Shown here: positions 14,090 to 28,614 of the stretch, piece after piece
How the letters are laid out: every line of letters begins with the position of its first letter
How positions within the stretch are numbered: the stretch's first letter is position 1
NCBI RefSeq assembly: GCF_009914755.1
Contig: NC_060927.1
DNA: 64,000 bases
From: the human T2T-CHM13v2.0 reference genome, Homo sapiens
Strand: one strand, 5' to 3'
Program-made: the position numbers and the translations under genes
Notes under the pieces: generated by a model
Told to the model about the DNA's origin: nothing
Database searches by the model: none
The model's input: only the letters and a program-made list of their open reading frames with translations

Positions 14090-15236
14090 GTGTCCATGAG
14101 TGGTATCTTATCCTAGCTGTTAGAAATATTAGGAGAAATTCACTGGAACCTTTGTTTTTCCCTACAACAAAACATCCTACAAATAAACTTAAGAGGTATT
14201 TGAAAAATCTACAACATTTTCTAGGATTACATATCTTTTATACATTGCCAAAAAAAGCACTGATATGCTAACAATTCTACCACACTTGGAAGTATTATCC
14301 ACATAAGAACTCACCTGGATTTCTTAAGCTGCTTTATTTAAAAAATAATTTGATGATATCTTTTAAAATAATTTGAAAAATTAAGTTGTACGGGTATATT
14401 AATTTAATAAAGATGAAAATTAACTTTAGACCAAAAATGTTAACTTGCTATAAAGGCAGGATAAATTTCTAGATTTTTGTTTAAAATGGTATACAATCAC
14501 ATAAAAAGAAGGCAACGTTTATAACTGGTATAAACCACAAGACCAAGTATACATTAAAGGGAAATGTCTTTGTGGATTATCCTACAGGGATTTTTTTTTT
14601 AATGATCTAAAATGAATTAGCTCATAAGTTTTACTTTGGGCTGCCAAGCAAACACAAAACAAAAACAGGGTAAGTTGGCATACTTTATTTCTGGTTTCTT
14701 ATTTATTCCCCGTTAAATTCATCAATACAAATGTAGGGGAAGAAAGGGGATAATATCTTTTCTCTTCATCATTAGATGGTCATGGCTGACACCTGTATAA
14801 CAAAAGACAGGTTAACTAGAGAAATGTGTAATGAGAAAGAGAAAGAGAGAGAAGAGAGAGAAACTGTCACATTTTAGCTTGTTTGCTGAAATCTCCCATC
14901 TCCCCTGACTTTCCTCCCATTGCCATTATTAATCCACTTCTGTTTATATTCTTCAATAGTCTATAGTTATTCAACTAATTTTTTGGTCATTCGTTTAATG
15001 CCTGTTACTTATGGAATGGAAGCTCCATGAAGACAGAAATGCAATTTTTCTTGCTAATTGTTATATCCCAGTACCTAGCACAAACAGCCATCCACAATAG
15101 ATAATCAGATATTCATTAATAAATGAGTCACAGATGAAGGATTATAGTTCTGCAGAGCCAAGGATGATATCACAACAATATAAAGTCTACACGTGTGCAA
15201 TTACACACATGCTTGCACGCATGCACACACACACAA

Positions 15237-15533
15237 TTTTTTTTTTTTTTTTGAGATGAGGTCTCACCCTGTCAACCAGGTTGGAGTGCAGTTGTGCGAT
15301 CTTGGCTCACTGCAACCTCCGCCTCCCAGGCGTCAGCAATCCTCCCACCTCAGCCTCCTGAGTAGTTGGGACCACAATTGTGCCACCATGCCTAGCTAAT
15401 TTTTGTATTTTTGGTAAAAACAGGATTTTGTCATGTTGTCTAGGCTGGTCTCGAACTCCTGGGCTCAAGTGATCTGCCCACTTCGGCTCCCAAAGTGCTA
15501 GGATTTATAGTCATTGAGCCACCGTGCCCAGCC
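15237..15533 (-). mobile_element. AluJ-type
   Basis: Diverged reverse Alu (ctcctgggctcaagtgat). Confidence 0.88.
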
Positions 15534-17967
15534 AAAAGATGAGAGGTTGTTAACCATAGAAGGAATTAAGACTAAGCTTCCCAAATACAGACACCACAAA
15601 GCCACACTAGATGTTTTATGATCAAAGTCCCATGTTCTTATTATTTCTTGAAAATATTATATGGACAATGAGACATTAAATATAGGTAAGACAACGTACA
15701 GGTAATATTGCAATGATGAAAATGGAAAGATAAACAAATCTTTTGTTTATGCTAAAAAAGCATAGGAGAGTCTAAGAAAAGAATGGGTTTTTCTGTAACT
15801 TGTTTTCTCTAATCTTGATAGGAACCTGTTCTGAAGCATCCTCTATCAAAACATCAAGTCACAGTTAAGAACAACTATTTACTGAGCTCCTATACATGTC
15901 AGACTCTGTGCTTTGTGCTTTACATGAATTCTGTGTGAATTCTCATAACTTTATTGAATTGCTATGGCTATTATCCTCATTTGGAAGATTAGGGAATCTA
16001 AAATCATTTACCTCAACAGACCACAGAAACAAGAATATTTCAGCAAGTCATATCCTGGGCTTATTTTTAAAAGACACTGTATATTTTACCACTGTGCTTA
16101 ATCATTCATGAATCTTAGTTTAACTTCTGTCTCTTGTTGGAGGAAAGAGAAACTATGTAGTGCCTGTTTAATAAAGAGAAAAAACATCTTTCCCCATGAT
16201 TCATGCAGAAATGTCAGTTATTAAAGATGAGTATAGGAAGCAACAGAAAAGATGACCTCTGACTGAATGATGGAAGAGAGTGATCTGGAACTCTCATTCA
16301 TTCATTCATTTTATTAATTTTTAATGTATTCATTGTCTACCAATTACCAAGCAGTATGCTATATGCCAGATATACAAAGATGAAAAAAATGCACTCTCTG
16401 CTCTACGGATAGTTACTGACATTTGAGTAGATAGACAATCCAATAATCAATATATGCTCCAATAACTCTTATTATAGATGGTATTTATGGAATGCTTTTC
16501 AAGAGTTAAATATATACCCAATTTCTAAGTAAACAAGGCAGTGCAGAATAAACCATCATCAGATGCTTTTATGAGCCACTAGTGAAATGTTAAAGGCACA
16601 ATTTATTAAATAAATAAGGACTACACATTTTGGTATATAAATACATAATAGAAATAAACTTTTCAAATGTAAATAGAAAAATCCATATTACCATGAAACA
16701 AGAAAATATATTTTAAGGTTTGGCTGTCTACAAACCTATTTGGCTTCCCCAAATCATACATTGTTAATTATTATTGACATAAAGCTGTCAGATTAATGCT
16801 TGTTCTCATGCCAAACTTCATCTCTGATTGTCTGAAGTTAATTCCTAGGTGCCACTGCCTGACAGATAGTTTCAACTTTCACATTCTCACAATAAAGAGA
16901 CAAGTTTACTCTTTTCCAGCACACTATCTAAATTTGATTTCCAATAATTCTTAAGGATAAAATTAGCTTTTAGACTAGATAGCTATGCAATGTCCAGCAT
17001 ATATACGCAATATACTTGACAATTGTTTTGCAAGCCAAGTGATATTTTTACACTGACAAGTAAAATTTAAAGAAGCTTTTCAAATTAACATTGCCAGAAA
17101 CATAAGCACATGCTGTAGTTGTAAACACGAACACTCAACAAAAGCATTTCCATTGTCTTCTATGTCACCCTAGAATTTAGAAAAAAAAAGAAAAAAGCAT
17201 TTCCATTTCTGAAATATTTTTAATTTTTATGTAAGACATTTATAGTCTATTTCTACTTGCTCTTTATTCAAATATGTTTTTCTTCTTTGCTATGTCTTTA
17301 ACATCCTCTTTTCCATTTCAGTTGTGTATATTTTACGCTGTCCCAGATCTTTAGAGATTAAAGCTTAAAAGTTAAAGAATCTTTTTGGAAGAAAGAAAGG
17401 GTAAGTAAAACAAAAAAACATTTTCACAACACTCAAATTTTGTATAACACATCTTTTCCTCGTGCTTTATCCAGCAGGCTTAATTTGATTTCAGGGCTTC
17501 CTTGGAAGCAAGCATTTCAGAATGCCTCTGACCTGTTCTGATTAACCACCAAATATTTCCAAAAGAAAATACTGCATTTGCCTCCTTTGCCTAGAGATGC
17601 AGGTCTGGCTTGTGTTTTATTATATCATTTGGATTATTCGGATTCAGAGCCTGTCATTGTCCTTTTTTATTTGGGTCCAACAATGATTTAAAATTAGAAA
17701 AGGAAAAATTTCTGCTTGTATCATCAAGCATTTGTATGTGTAAACCAATGAGGAAACCCTGTATTTTAAGTCTTATCTTAGTCTACCTTCTTAGCTCTAA
17801 GGACTGAGGAGTACAAATGTTTTGTTTTGTCTTTTCCTTAAGACTCTCGCCTTGGTTGGCATTATTTCACCTGCTGCCATGCTTGTAGCCCCATAATAAA
17901 AACAGGCTCAAGCCAACCAAGAGGAAAATGTTAAGGAATTAGAATCTAAAATATAAATCTGAGATGA

Positions 17968-18277
<310 letters not shown>

Positions 18278-18396
18278 CGGTCTCTGGACCATTGATTCCA
18301 CCTTTTAGAGTGTGGAGTTTGACTACCATATGAGACTTCAAAACAGAATGGGCAAAACAAGCTTTGTGACTCAAACTCTTGACTCATGCTAAATAT

Positions 18397-19020
18397 GTGT
18401 ATGGGCCAAGAGAAAACTGCCCCTTTACCTTCTGAAGGTTCACGGAAAATCAGCTGACAAAAGGCAGATTAAGAGGAAAAAAGGCAAACATATTTATTAA
18501 CGTGCATGGCATGAAAATCACAGAGGGATTGCCCTGCCATGCACTGGGGTACAGATGGTTATATACCCTATTTCTGAGGGGAAACAGAGACTGGAAGAGT
18601 TAATTTTAGGGGGAAAATAAGTAAATTTTAAGGGAGCTTAAGGGACTTAAGGAACATACAATGGCTTGAGACAAAGTCTCTTGGGCCTGCGGAGTAGACA
18701 ATGGTTTGTGACAAAAGTCTGTCCAGATGCATTGACAGATTTCAGTCTTCCTTCCTGTGATATGAGTTCAGATAAGGAAAACTCAGAGAAGGGACCAAAG
18801 GTAATTGTTTTCTTCTGTGGTGGATCCAGGCTTTAGGCAGATAAAGGGAACCTCAGAGTACATCTTCATCCTGTGCTTCAGGAGACACCGAGGATTGAAA
18901 GGCAGGAGGTAGGGTATGTGGGGCGGTTGGGGTGGGAATTGTTAGAGACCTTTATGCTGCTTCTTCAGTTCAGCATGTCAAAGCATCATATTTTAGGGTA
19001 TCAGTTTCTGAGCCCCAACA
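18397..19020 (-). mobile_element. ERV1-class solo LTR (MER34/MER39-like)
   Basis: Ends …tcagtttctgagccccaaca (reverse complement TGTTGGGGCTCAGAAAC…); minus-strand AATAAA near 18493; ~620 bp long. Confidence 0.65.
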
Positions 19021-19559
19021 TTAGCATAAAACGTTTAGGGGTGAGAGAATAGAGAACTTTTTTTAGAGGGTTTGGAGTCTGGCTCTCATAACCATTCCTC
19101 TCCCCCTAGTTAGGAAGAAAGTGGATTTCTTTCCCTTCACCTCAATCTGAGAGAGAAGCTTCAAACCACTATGTGTACCACCTGTATTTTGACATCCCAG
19201 TGGATTAGTATGTATTTCCTATATGAAGCTATATGTATAGGACAAATAGTCCAGCCAGCCTTTTGGAGTTGGAATAGAATAAAAATCTGCTGCTGCTGTA
19301 TTGGTCTCACTTGTAAATTTCGAGTTTGTGAGGCACTGCATACCTAAGTGCATTGCTTGGATACAATGGGGACTTTGTGAGAAAACACATAGTATCTTTA
19401 ATCCTATCTCTAAATGCCACCTGAGGAATCAACAAAGCTCAGCAAAAATACGCTGGATGAATAGATCCAAAATGTCTAATGGTGAGGAGGACAAAGGGAC
19501 CGCGGAGTTCCTTAGTCAAAGTATTTAATAACTGTTCCCTATATAGGGTGGTGAGTAGA

Positions 19560-19870
19560 ATGATGTCTCCAAAGAACCCATGAAAGTGACCTCAATGGAC
19601 TCTCCTTGGTCCTTGACATTCCCCCAGCATGGTGACTCTCAAGACAGTCAGACATCTTATATGGCAGTTCAGGGGCCCAAGAGACCAACATGGGAGGTGC
19701 CAGCTCTTTTAAAGGCTAGGCTCAGTACTAGCTAGGCTAGGCTCGCATCACTTTCATCACACTCCATCGGACGAAGCAGCTGCTGGCCAATTCAGATGGA
19801 AAAGGAGGGAAATGATGTCATCTTCTGATGGGGTCGTATCAAGAATTTCCAGTCATCTTTAATCTGGCAC
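19560..19870. mobile_element. Old MLT1-type MaLR LTR fragment
   Basis: Diverged MLT1-like motifs (cagcatggtgactc, catcacttt…, cttctgatggg). Confidence 0.45.
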
Positions 19871-21327
19871 AGTCACAAATTGAGGAAACAAATGCCCAGC
19901 AGGTACTGATATACTAAGTGCATTCCTTTGTCCTCACCCCTTTTCTGCTGAGAAGCTATGATTAGTGAGAGTAATTCCAGATGAAGGAACAGGAGAAATA
20001 GTTAAGCCCACCTCTCCCAGTGAGATTGCCAGACTGCAAAAGACCTGAGCTGAGAGAGGGGAGGAACTTTGTATTGTTTTGTTGGGAGTAATTTAGGCTA
20101 GAAGTTATTTATGGTCTAGAACACTTAAAAGTGACCAGACATATCACTGGACTTGCCAGAAATTTTATTCAGAAGCAGAGAAACAATTAACATCATGAAG
20201 TACATTTAAATGGGTGGTGAGACCAAAAAACAAAAAGATGCTTTATGCTTATATCCCATGAATCTTGCTTATTTATCATAACTTTGTAATACTGTTACAC
20301 CACTTTTTATATACACCTAAGCAAATAACAAAGTATACAATGCATCATTTTAATTAAGGTGAATGCTTTAATAGAAGTAGTTTGGATAAGGCAAAATATA
20401 CCTTAGACTACAACTCATAATCCCAATACAGCCATTCCATACCAGAAGTAACCACTAATACCAGTTCAATGTATTTCCTTCCAGACTGTTCTAACTATGC
20501 TTTTTTTACATGAATGTATACCTATGGGGATATTATTTAAAGCTATCACATAAATGGCAACATATTCAGCTTGCCTTGCTTACTTTTTACTTGCAGATTT
20601 CTTTTAAACGTCTGTATATTAATCCATAGCATAAATTTATTGTCTCATATTTGATCTTTTCCCTTTTTGAGGAATTTAGATTGTTCCCAATAGTTTTTCT
20701 CTCACAGACAATGATGCATTAAATATCCTTTGCATACTACTTAGCACAAATTTTGTTGTACATCTCACAGTTTTTAAACTCTTAAATCTAAAAAGCAGTG
20801 TTTTCATTAGATTCATTCCTTTATAGATCTTAATCCTGATGTCTGATTTTACTTTACATGTTATTTTTCTTATTAAATATACTTGCCCTGTTTTATATAC
20901 TTTTCACTTGTTTGCTTTTTAGAACATTGGATACCAAATCTGACTCATTAGCTGAAAATCTGTAGACGTTTTGCCTCAACCTGACAAACTTTGATTTAAA
21001 ATAGCTAGGGAGGGGTCCAATTTTGATACTTAGAAAGGTTTAAAAAATTCTAATATAGACAGAATACCTTATCACACATTCCTCACTCTTCTGTTAAAAT
21101 GTTCTTAAAGATAATTCTCTGAATAAGGCATTTCCATGTATACTCCAGTGTCTACCATGCAGCAGTACCCAGATCATAGCCTTTGATGTCCTCGTATAGG
21201 AAGTTGTAGGACAAGCTGGCATTTCTAAACCTCTGCGACAGCAAGGTCACCCATCTATCACAAGCAACTGTGCACAGGGCTTCTCTGGGCCTAGAGAACA
21301 TTGGACACTCAAGAAACTACCAAGGAA

Positions 21328-21630
21328 AGTGGAGATGTTAGTCAGAGGGCACAAAGTTCAAGTAGACAGAAGGACTAAGTTCTAGTGATCTACTGTACAG
21401 CATGGTGACTGTAAGAATGTTAACGTGAGTGTACTGTATATTTCAAAATTGCTAAAAGAGTGGATTTTAAATGTTCTCATTACAAAGTAGTAAGTGTGAG
21501 ACCTGATAACTATATCAATTAGCCTGATTTAATCATTCCACAATGTATATATGTATCAAAACATCACGTTGCACCCCATAAATATGTACAGTTATTTTTG
21601 TCAATTAAAAATAACAAACATTTAAAAAGA
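21328..21630 (+). mobile_element. L1MA-type 3' end
   Basis: …aagttctagtgatctactgtacagcatggtgact…gtggattttaaatgttctca…gtcaattaaaaataa. Confidence 0.75.
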
Positions 21631-22465
21631 AAAACAGACTCAAAACGTGCTGCTGGGAAGGACTTCAAAGACTTTCTATTTCCAGGCAGCTAGTTTAATG
21701 GCTAAAAATTTTCCCGGAATTTTCTGTGTGTAGGAAAGTGACTAATTGTTTAGGAAGTGACAATGGATCTGATGTTTGTCCATGAAAAAGAAAAATGATC
21801 AGATCGATATGCTTCATTAAGGAACTTTTCTTCTTGAAATCACAATGTTGAGCTCAAACTCTGTTTTCATATGAGTCTAGCTCAAATTTTCAAAAACACC
21901 CCACAAATATAAATAAGGCTGACTCTGTGCCAAGATGTCATGCATGTTTTACTCATGAAAATGTGAGGGTATCTAAAACTCAAGTTTACTCTTTACCTAC
22001 AAAGGCTTTACAACAACTAAAGCACTGAGATCTGAAGATGCTATGACAGATGAGGGAGAAAACTGTCTAATGTTTTCCTATGCACTTTTTTTTCTTTTAC
22101 AAATATCACGTAGTCTCAAGGAAGAATAACTGGAGTTGAATGCTTGGGGACTCATGGCCCTAACATTATTTATATATGACTATTTGGGGCACTTGTTCCT
22201 GAGGAGTAAAGGAAAGAAGGCAGTTTCTCCTTTTTGATCTCCCCTCTGAACCTCAGAAAAAGCTGTGGGCATCTCCTTTCAATCTGGCATTTGCTGTGTC
22301 AGTTTTCATCTTGAGTAGCAAGCAAGTCTACTAATGGGATAAATGAAAATGACATAAAATACAGAATAAGATGCACAAAGCATTTGAAGTATTAAGAATC
22401 TGGCACCAACCTTCAAATTCCTGCAATATTCTGAATAATGAGAGACAAACAAAAATCAAATAGAA

Positions 22466-22763
22466 GGCTGGGTGCAGTGGCTCAGCCTGTAATCCCAGCA
22501 CTTTGGGAGGCCAAGGTGGGCAGGTCACTTGAGGTCAGGAGGTTGAGACTAGCCTAGCCAACATGGTGAAAACCAATTCTGTTAAAAATACAAAAAATAG
22601 CCGGGTGTGGTGGTGGGCATCTGTAATCCCAGCTACTCGAGAGGCTGAGGCAGAATTGCTTCAACCTGGGAGGTAGAGGTTGGAGTGAGCCAGATTGAGC
22701 CACTGCACTCCAGCCTGGAAAACAGAGCAAGACTCCATCTCAAGAAAAAAAAAAGAAAGAAAA
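22466..22763 (+). mobile_element. Alu (S-type)
   Basis: Forward Alu with an A-tail. Confidence 0.92.
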
Positions 22764-23071
22764 TTGAATGTAAGTATGGAATATGAGGGCTTACTTGTCC
22801 AGGTGCTATCATAATAACTTTATATATATTATTTACATATATTATACTCACTCTCTCATATATATTCATATGTATGAGAGATTATATATATGTGTATATA
22901 TAAGAGAGAGAGAGAGAGAGCAATTATCACACAACAGAGGCAGATACTTCTCACTTACATTCTATATGTGAGGGAAGAAATTTAAAGTGGTTAAGTAACT
23001 TACTCTAAAGCACAAAGCAAATGAGTGCTATTCCAGCCAGCTTTGCTGGCTGATTCCAAAGCACATAATCC

Positions 23072-23448
<377 letters not shown>

Positions 23449-24720
23449 TAACTATCAAGACTAGAGTGCTGAGCTCACAGCTCTGCATAATTTCCTTACC
23501 ACCAATATGTTGTTCAGATCTGGAAAATCTTCCCCCAGGCAAGTTCCCATCTGCAGCAAGTCACTGCCAGTTTCTTGGGAGCATTCTAAATTCCAACTTC
23601 TCTCCTTAGCAGCTGGGGCTTATCCAGCATCAGAAACACCTGTAGCCTGCTGGCTACCTTTTAAACAGCACGGTGGCTGTAAACAGAATGAGCTCTGCAG
23701 GACTTAATGAGTCTCGTGTGTAGAAGTATGAGGATGTGTTACTTTAAAGAAAATTCTCTTCGAATGACTTTTCAGTGAAAAGTGAATGTCAATGAAAACG
23801 AGTGAAATATTTTCAATCATTACTACGTTGGAGAATAGAACTTCCACTTATTTTCCCCTTTGCCTTTTCTTTAGACTCAAATCTTGACCCACATCCATTG
23901 TTTTCTCCCTCTTAAGATTAGTTCATTACTATGAAATGAATCTTCTGAGTGATGGAAAGAGGCAACCAGATTCTTCCTCACTGCTTCCCCCAGATTCTTT
24001 TCACATTTCTTACCATCTCCTCTTCTAGAAAAGGGGCGGCAGAAGGAAGAAATGGGCTTTTCCTACAGAAAGGGCGTGATCAGAGGTTGCACAGAGACAA
24101 ACTGTGTTTAATTTTTGAAGGGAGATTGCTTTTGTTCATATGGTAGAAGCCAAAAAGATCACCTTTAGAACTTCCAATCCCAACAGGACCTTGTCAGTCA
24201 CTCAAGGGTAGTAGCCCTGGCAGTTTGAGGTAAACTGCTCCAGGTACGAACACGAAAACAGCACTCTCTTCTCAAAATGGGGGCACCTATTAGACACTTC
24301 ACATGACTTCCTTTTACTCAATGTATTGCTCTGTGCCAAGACTCTGTAAAATTCCTCAGCCCCTCAGGTTCTTCAGACCAGCATTCAGAACTACTCTGCA
24401 CCCTAGACCAGACTTGCCAGGTCAAGTGATTCTTTTCAGTTCCATTACTATAATTCACGAGGGATACTTCAAATCATATAAAGGCTTTATTTACTTAAAG
24501 GCAGAAGCATTCCTAAAACACAAGCAGCGCTTTTAATCTGTGATCAAACATCTTTCTAAATAACGTCCTTCTGAATAAGATTGCTGGCTATCATTTGTGG
24601 CAACATCATCAGATGTTGGCCATCTGGGTCCTGCTTTGAGAGAATAGGGTTACAGCCCGTATAGACTGAGCTCTTTTGTGTGCCCAGCATTGTGCTCAAA
24701 GCTCTATAAACATACTTTAG

Positions 24721-25077
<357 letters not shown>

Positions 25078-27125
25078 GGGCATATGCCTTTTTCACCCTC
25101 AAATTTCTCTCTAGCCCCGTTCCCCTGCTTTATCACTAGAATGTAAGGTCTCTGAGGGAAGGAGACTTGTCATGTCTCTAGTCCAAAGATGAGTGATTCA
25201 TCTGAAACTCTGGATGAATGAACTATCCTTTCAGATGGATACTGTTATTATGTGTATTTGACAATAGACCCTTAAACAATGATTCAGAATTTAAAGCCTA
25301 ATAACGATAATATTATTAAGTTAGACAATGCTATTGAGTACCCATGAGCCAAGCTATGATAAAAGTTTTCTGTGATTAGATCATGTAATTCCTCATGACA
25401 ATCCTCCAGGCCAGTTCTTTTTATTGGTGCCATTTTAGAGATGAAGATTCTTCGTCTTGGAGGAATTCACCTGCTTTCCCAAGGTCACACAATTATTTAG
25501 GGACATGGCTAGGATTCCAGTCCACATCAATGACTAGGAACAAATTTGTCAATTTTCTCAATGCAGATGGCCTATATTTCAAATAAATTTTATAATGCCT
25601 CTTATTCTGTTAATCATCATATCTTATTATTTCTAGAGGCAGCACAGAAGGAAAAATTAAGCAAACAAAATAAGAGACAGTGAGAGAAAACAATGACAAA
25701 TCCACAGGTTTAATTCAACAAATATGTACTGAGCACATAAAGATGAGTCCTGCACAATAAGAGTACTGTGCCAGGGATTATGATCCCAGTGAACATTTCA
25801 CTGCACGATCTTTAAAATTTAGCTATGGATGGGAAGCCGATTTTGCCTGGATGCTTCAGAAATGCCAGTACAGTCATCACACTGAATGGACATTTTCCAC
25901 TTCCTCATTAGCCAGTCTAGATACACATTCTACATTAGCTTTGTGTCTGTCACATTCTACTGTCAAATGCCAAAGTAAAGCCACTAATTTGCCATCCTTA
26001 TCATTAGTCTCTGTATTTTCCAGGTAATGTCCAATTATACAGCACCTCATTCTTGCTCTTCCTCACAGTATTCATGATCAAAATAGAATTCCCAGGCTCT
26101 AAGATAATTTCAGCAGGCAGAGTAAGAATAAAGAATAAGAACAAAGACTGACAAATAATAGATGCGTTATTTACTTACAAGTTTAATTCAATATGCATGC
26201 ATTAATTCTCCATGCAAGTTCAAGAGGTAATTATCACCTACAAGTAAAGCAAGACATGTTAAATTAGGGCACTGGATTCAAATAAAAACAGTAGAAAAAC
26301 CTAACAATTTAAATGAACCATATCCCAATCTGTTTACATATTTTCTTTCAAAAGAATGGTACAATTTACTAATTGCTAATTTTGTAATTGCTGCTGTGGG
26401 TTGATTTTACCTCCAATATTTACTGAAGTGTATCCAAATTATAATGAATATCAGTGCAATTTTCATTTATAAAAAGGGTAAAATACTTCAGAAAAAATGA
26501 ACCCAATTAAGATTAATTTTAAATAAAAAAAGCCGGCATTATGAGAATATGAGACAGCAGGGGGGATTTTAATTAGGAAAAAAGAACATGTAACATCCTA
26601 ATCATTTCGCATTTTTTTATGTCACTGAATTAAGCTGTTTGGTTTTCATTGAAAATAATGAAACTATTGAAAATCAACACACAACATGTTCAAAATTTTT
26701 TTTAAATGTATAATGAAAATTTAAATTTTTGTATACTATTTATTTAAAGAATTCTGGATCTGAGTCAGTTTTATCTTGGATAGCTTTTGGTGTAAGAATT
26801 AGAAAATATCAAAATTTACAATAGCCGAAGGAAGTATTCATGTATTTTTAGTTCCCCAATTTAAAATATGATAAATAATAGAACAAAGTACACTGCAAAT
26901 TGATACTAGAGATGCCTACTCAGAACCTCTAAATCTGGTGAATCTGATTTCAAGCAGGATTAAGAGTCTAATCATACATAGAGCTCAGAGGTTGCAGCCA
27001 AAGTGTGTAGGTTAGAATCCCATTTCATTACATCCTCGCTAGGATGTCCTTATGCAACTTAATTGTCCTAAACCTGTTTCCTCATCTGTAAAACAGGCTT
27101 GATAATGGACCCTAACTAATGAGAT

Positions 27126-27263
27126 TTTTTTAATTTTAGTTTTTACTTTTTATAGAGATGAGGTCTCGCAATGTTGCCCAGGCTGGTCTTGAACTCCTGC
27201 CCTCAAGTCACCCTTCTGCTCTGGCCTCTCAAAGCACTGGGATTACAGGTGTAAGCCACTTGC
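27126..27263 (-). mobile_element. Alu monomer (FLAM-like) inserted in a MIR
   Basis: A single left-arm unit with TSD TAATGAGATT at 27117-27126 and 27279-27288; MIR core (tttcctcatctgtaaaa … tgtgaggattaa) lies on either side. Confidence 0.8.
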
Positions 27264-28614
27264 CCCCCCCCCCCCCATTAATGAGATTATTGTGAGGATT
27301 AATTTAGCAAACACAAAGTGCTTATCTCAGAGTCTGGCATGGAAATATATGTTATTTAATATTATCAATGATATATTTCAATGACAAAATAATCTGATTC
27401 CAGAATCACTTTACCCTATCTCCTAGGAACTCCTGGAATCATAGTTTTCTTCTCAGCAGAATGAGATCTAAAGAGAGCTTTAAAAATTTAAAAGCAAAAA
27501 CACCTTCAGGGGGATGTCTCATCTTCCATTGTATCTATTTGCCTACTGATGGGAAGATGATAACTCTAAGCATCCACACACATTTCATTTACTGCCTCTC
27601 AGCCCTTGACGTTGGTAACACTAATCACTTCAGTTCACAAGAGAACACGTCAGCACAGAGTTTAGCACTGGCTGGAGATCTGACCACCGTGTGAGGAAAA
27701 TTCTAGGATGGCCTCCGTTCTGCAGATAGGGAAACTGAGGCTTAGAGAAGCTATGGAACTTGAATAAGATCACAGGGCCAGAAATGGGCAAAGGTGTTAT
27801 TTAGAAAGCAGTATGATTCAAAGCTGACTTTCTGATTTTGCCATGCCAATCAGCCCTGCCTTCTGCAGGAGAGAGGACATTGGCACTGTTTCAGTGCTAT
27901 AATGTTTCTGCATATTTTCTGGGCCATTCCCCTCCATTACGGTGTATTAATGCAGCCATTACCACTGGGTTTAAATCTAGAATCACACACATGCACACCC
28001 AGATACAACCCCTATCACATAGTTTTCCCACTTAATTTTCCTGCCTTTAAACAAATCTTTCAATTATCATGTAAGAAAATGATTGATATTTTAGCTGTCG
28101 TTCTCCTTACATCAACAATAACATTTAAAACTGCGTAATTAAAAACATCTTCTACTAAAATGTTTCAAATATTTAGAATATCTACCATAAGGATTATTTA
28201 AAAGCGAGTCTCTAACATTGATACCAATGAGACAGTCTATGAACAACTTGATACATTGATATTAATTTTAAGAAAATACTTGTCAAAAATGTGGGAGTAG
28301 ACATTTGTAATCAAATAAAGTCAGACAAAATTAGATACTATAATTCTACTAGGTGAATTTTCTGCTTCCCCATTCTTCCACTTCTCCCCACAGCTGAAAT
28401 ACCTGTAATGTACAGGTTATTGTCTCAAATTGCTGATTTTACTAAGTCAGTAGGGCATAAAAATATTTTTAAATATCCTGTTAAAAGATGGAAAAGTTAA
28501 ACGTTGGCTGAAAGGTTTAAGAAATGATAGCCTTAGCATAACTATTATGGTAGTCTCCTATTCCCCCTGTAGACATTCTTCTTTGACCATACCGCAATTA
28601 ATACTGCACACTCA

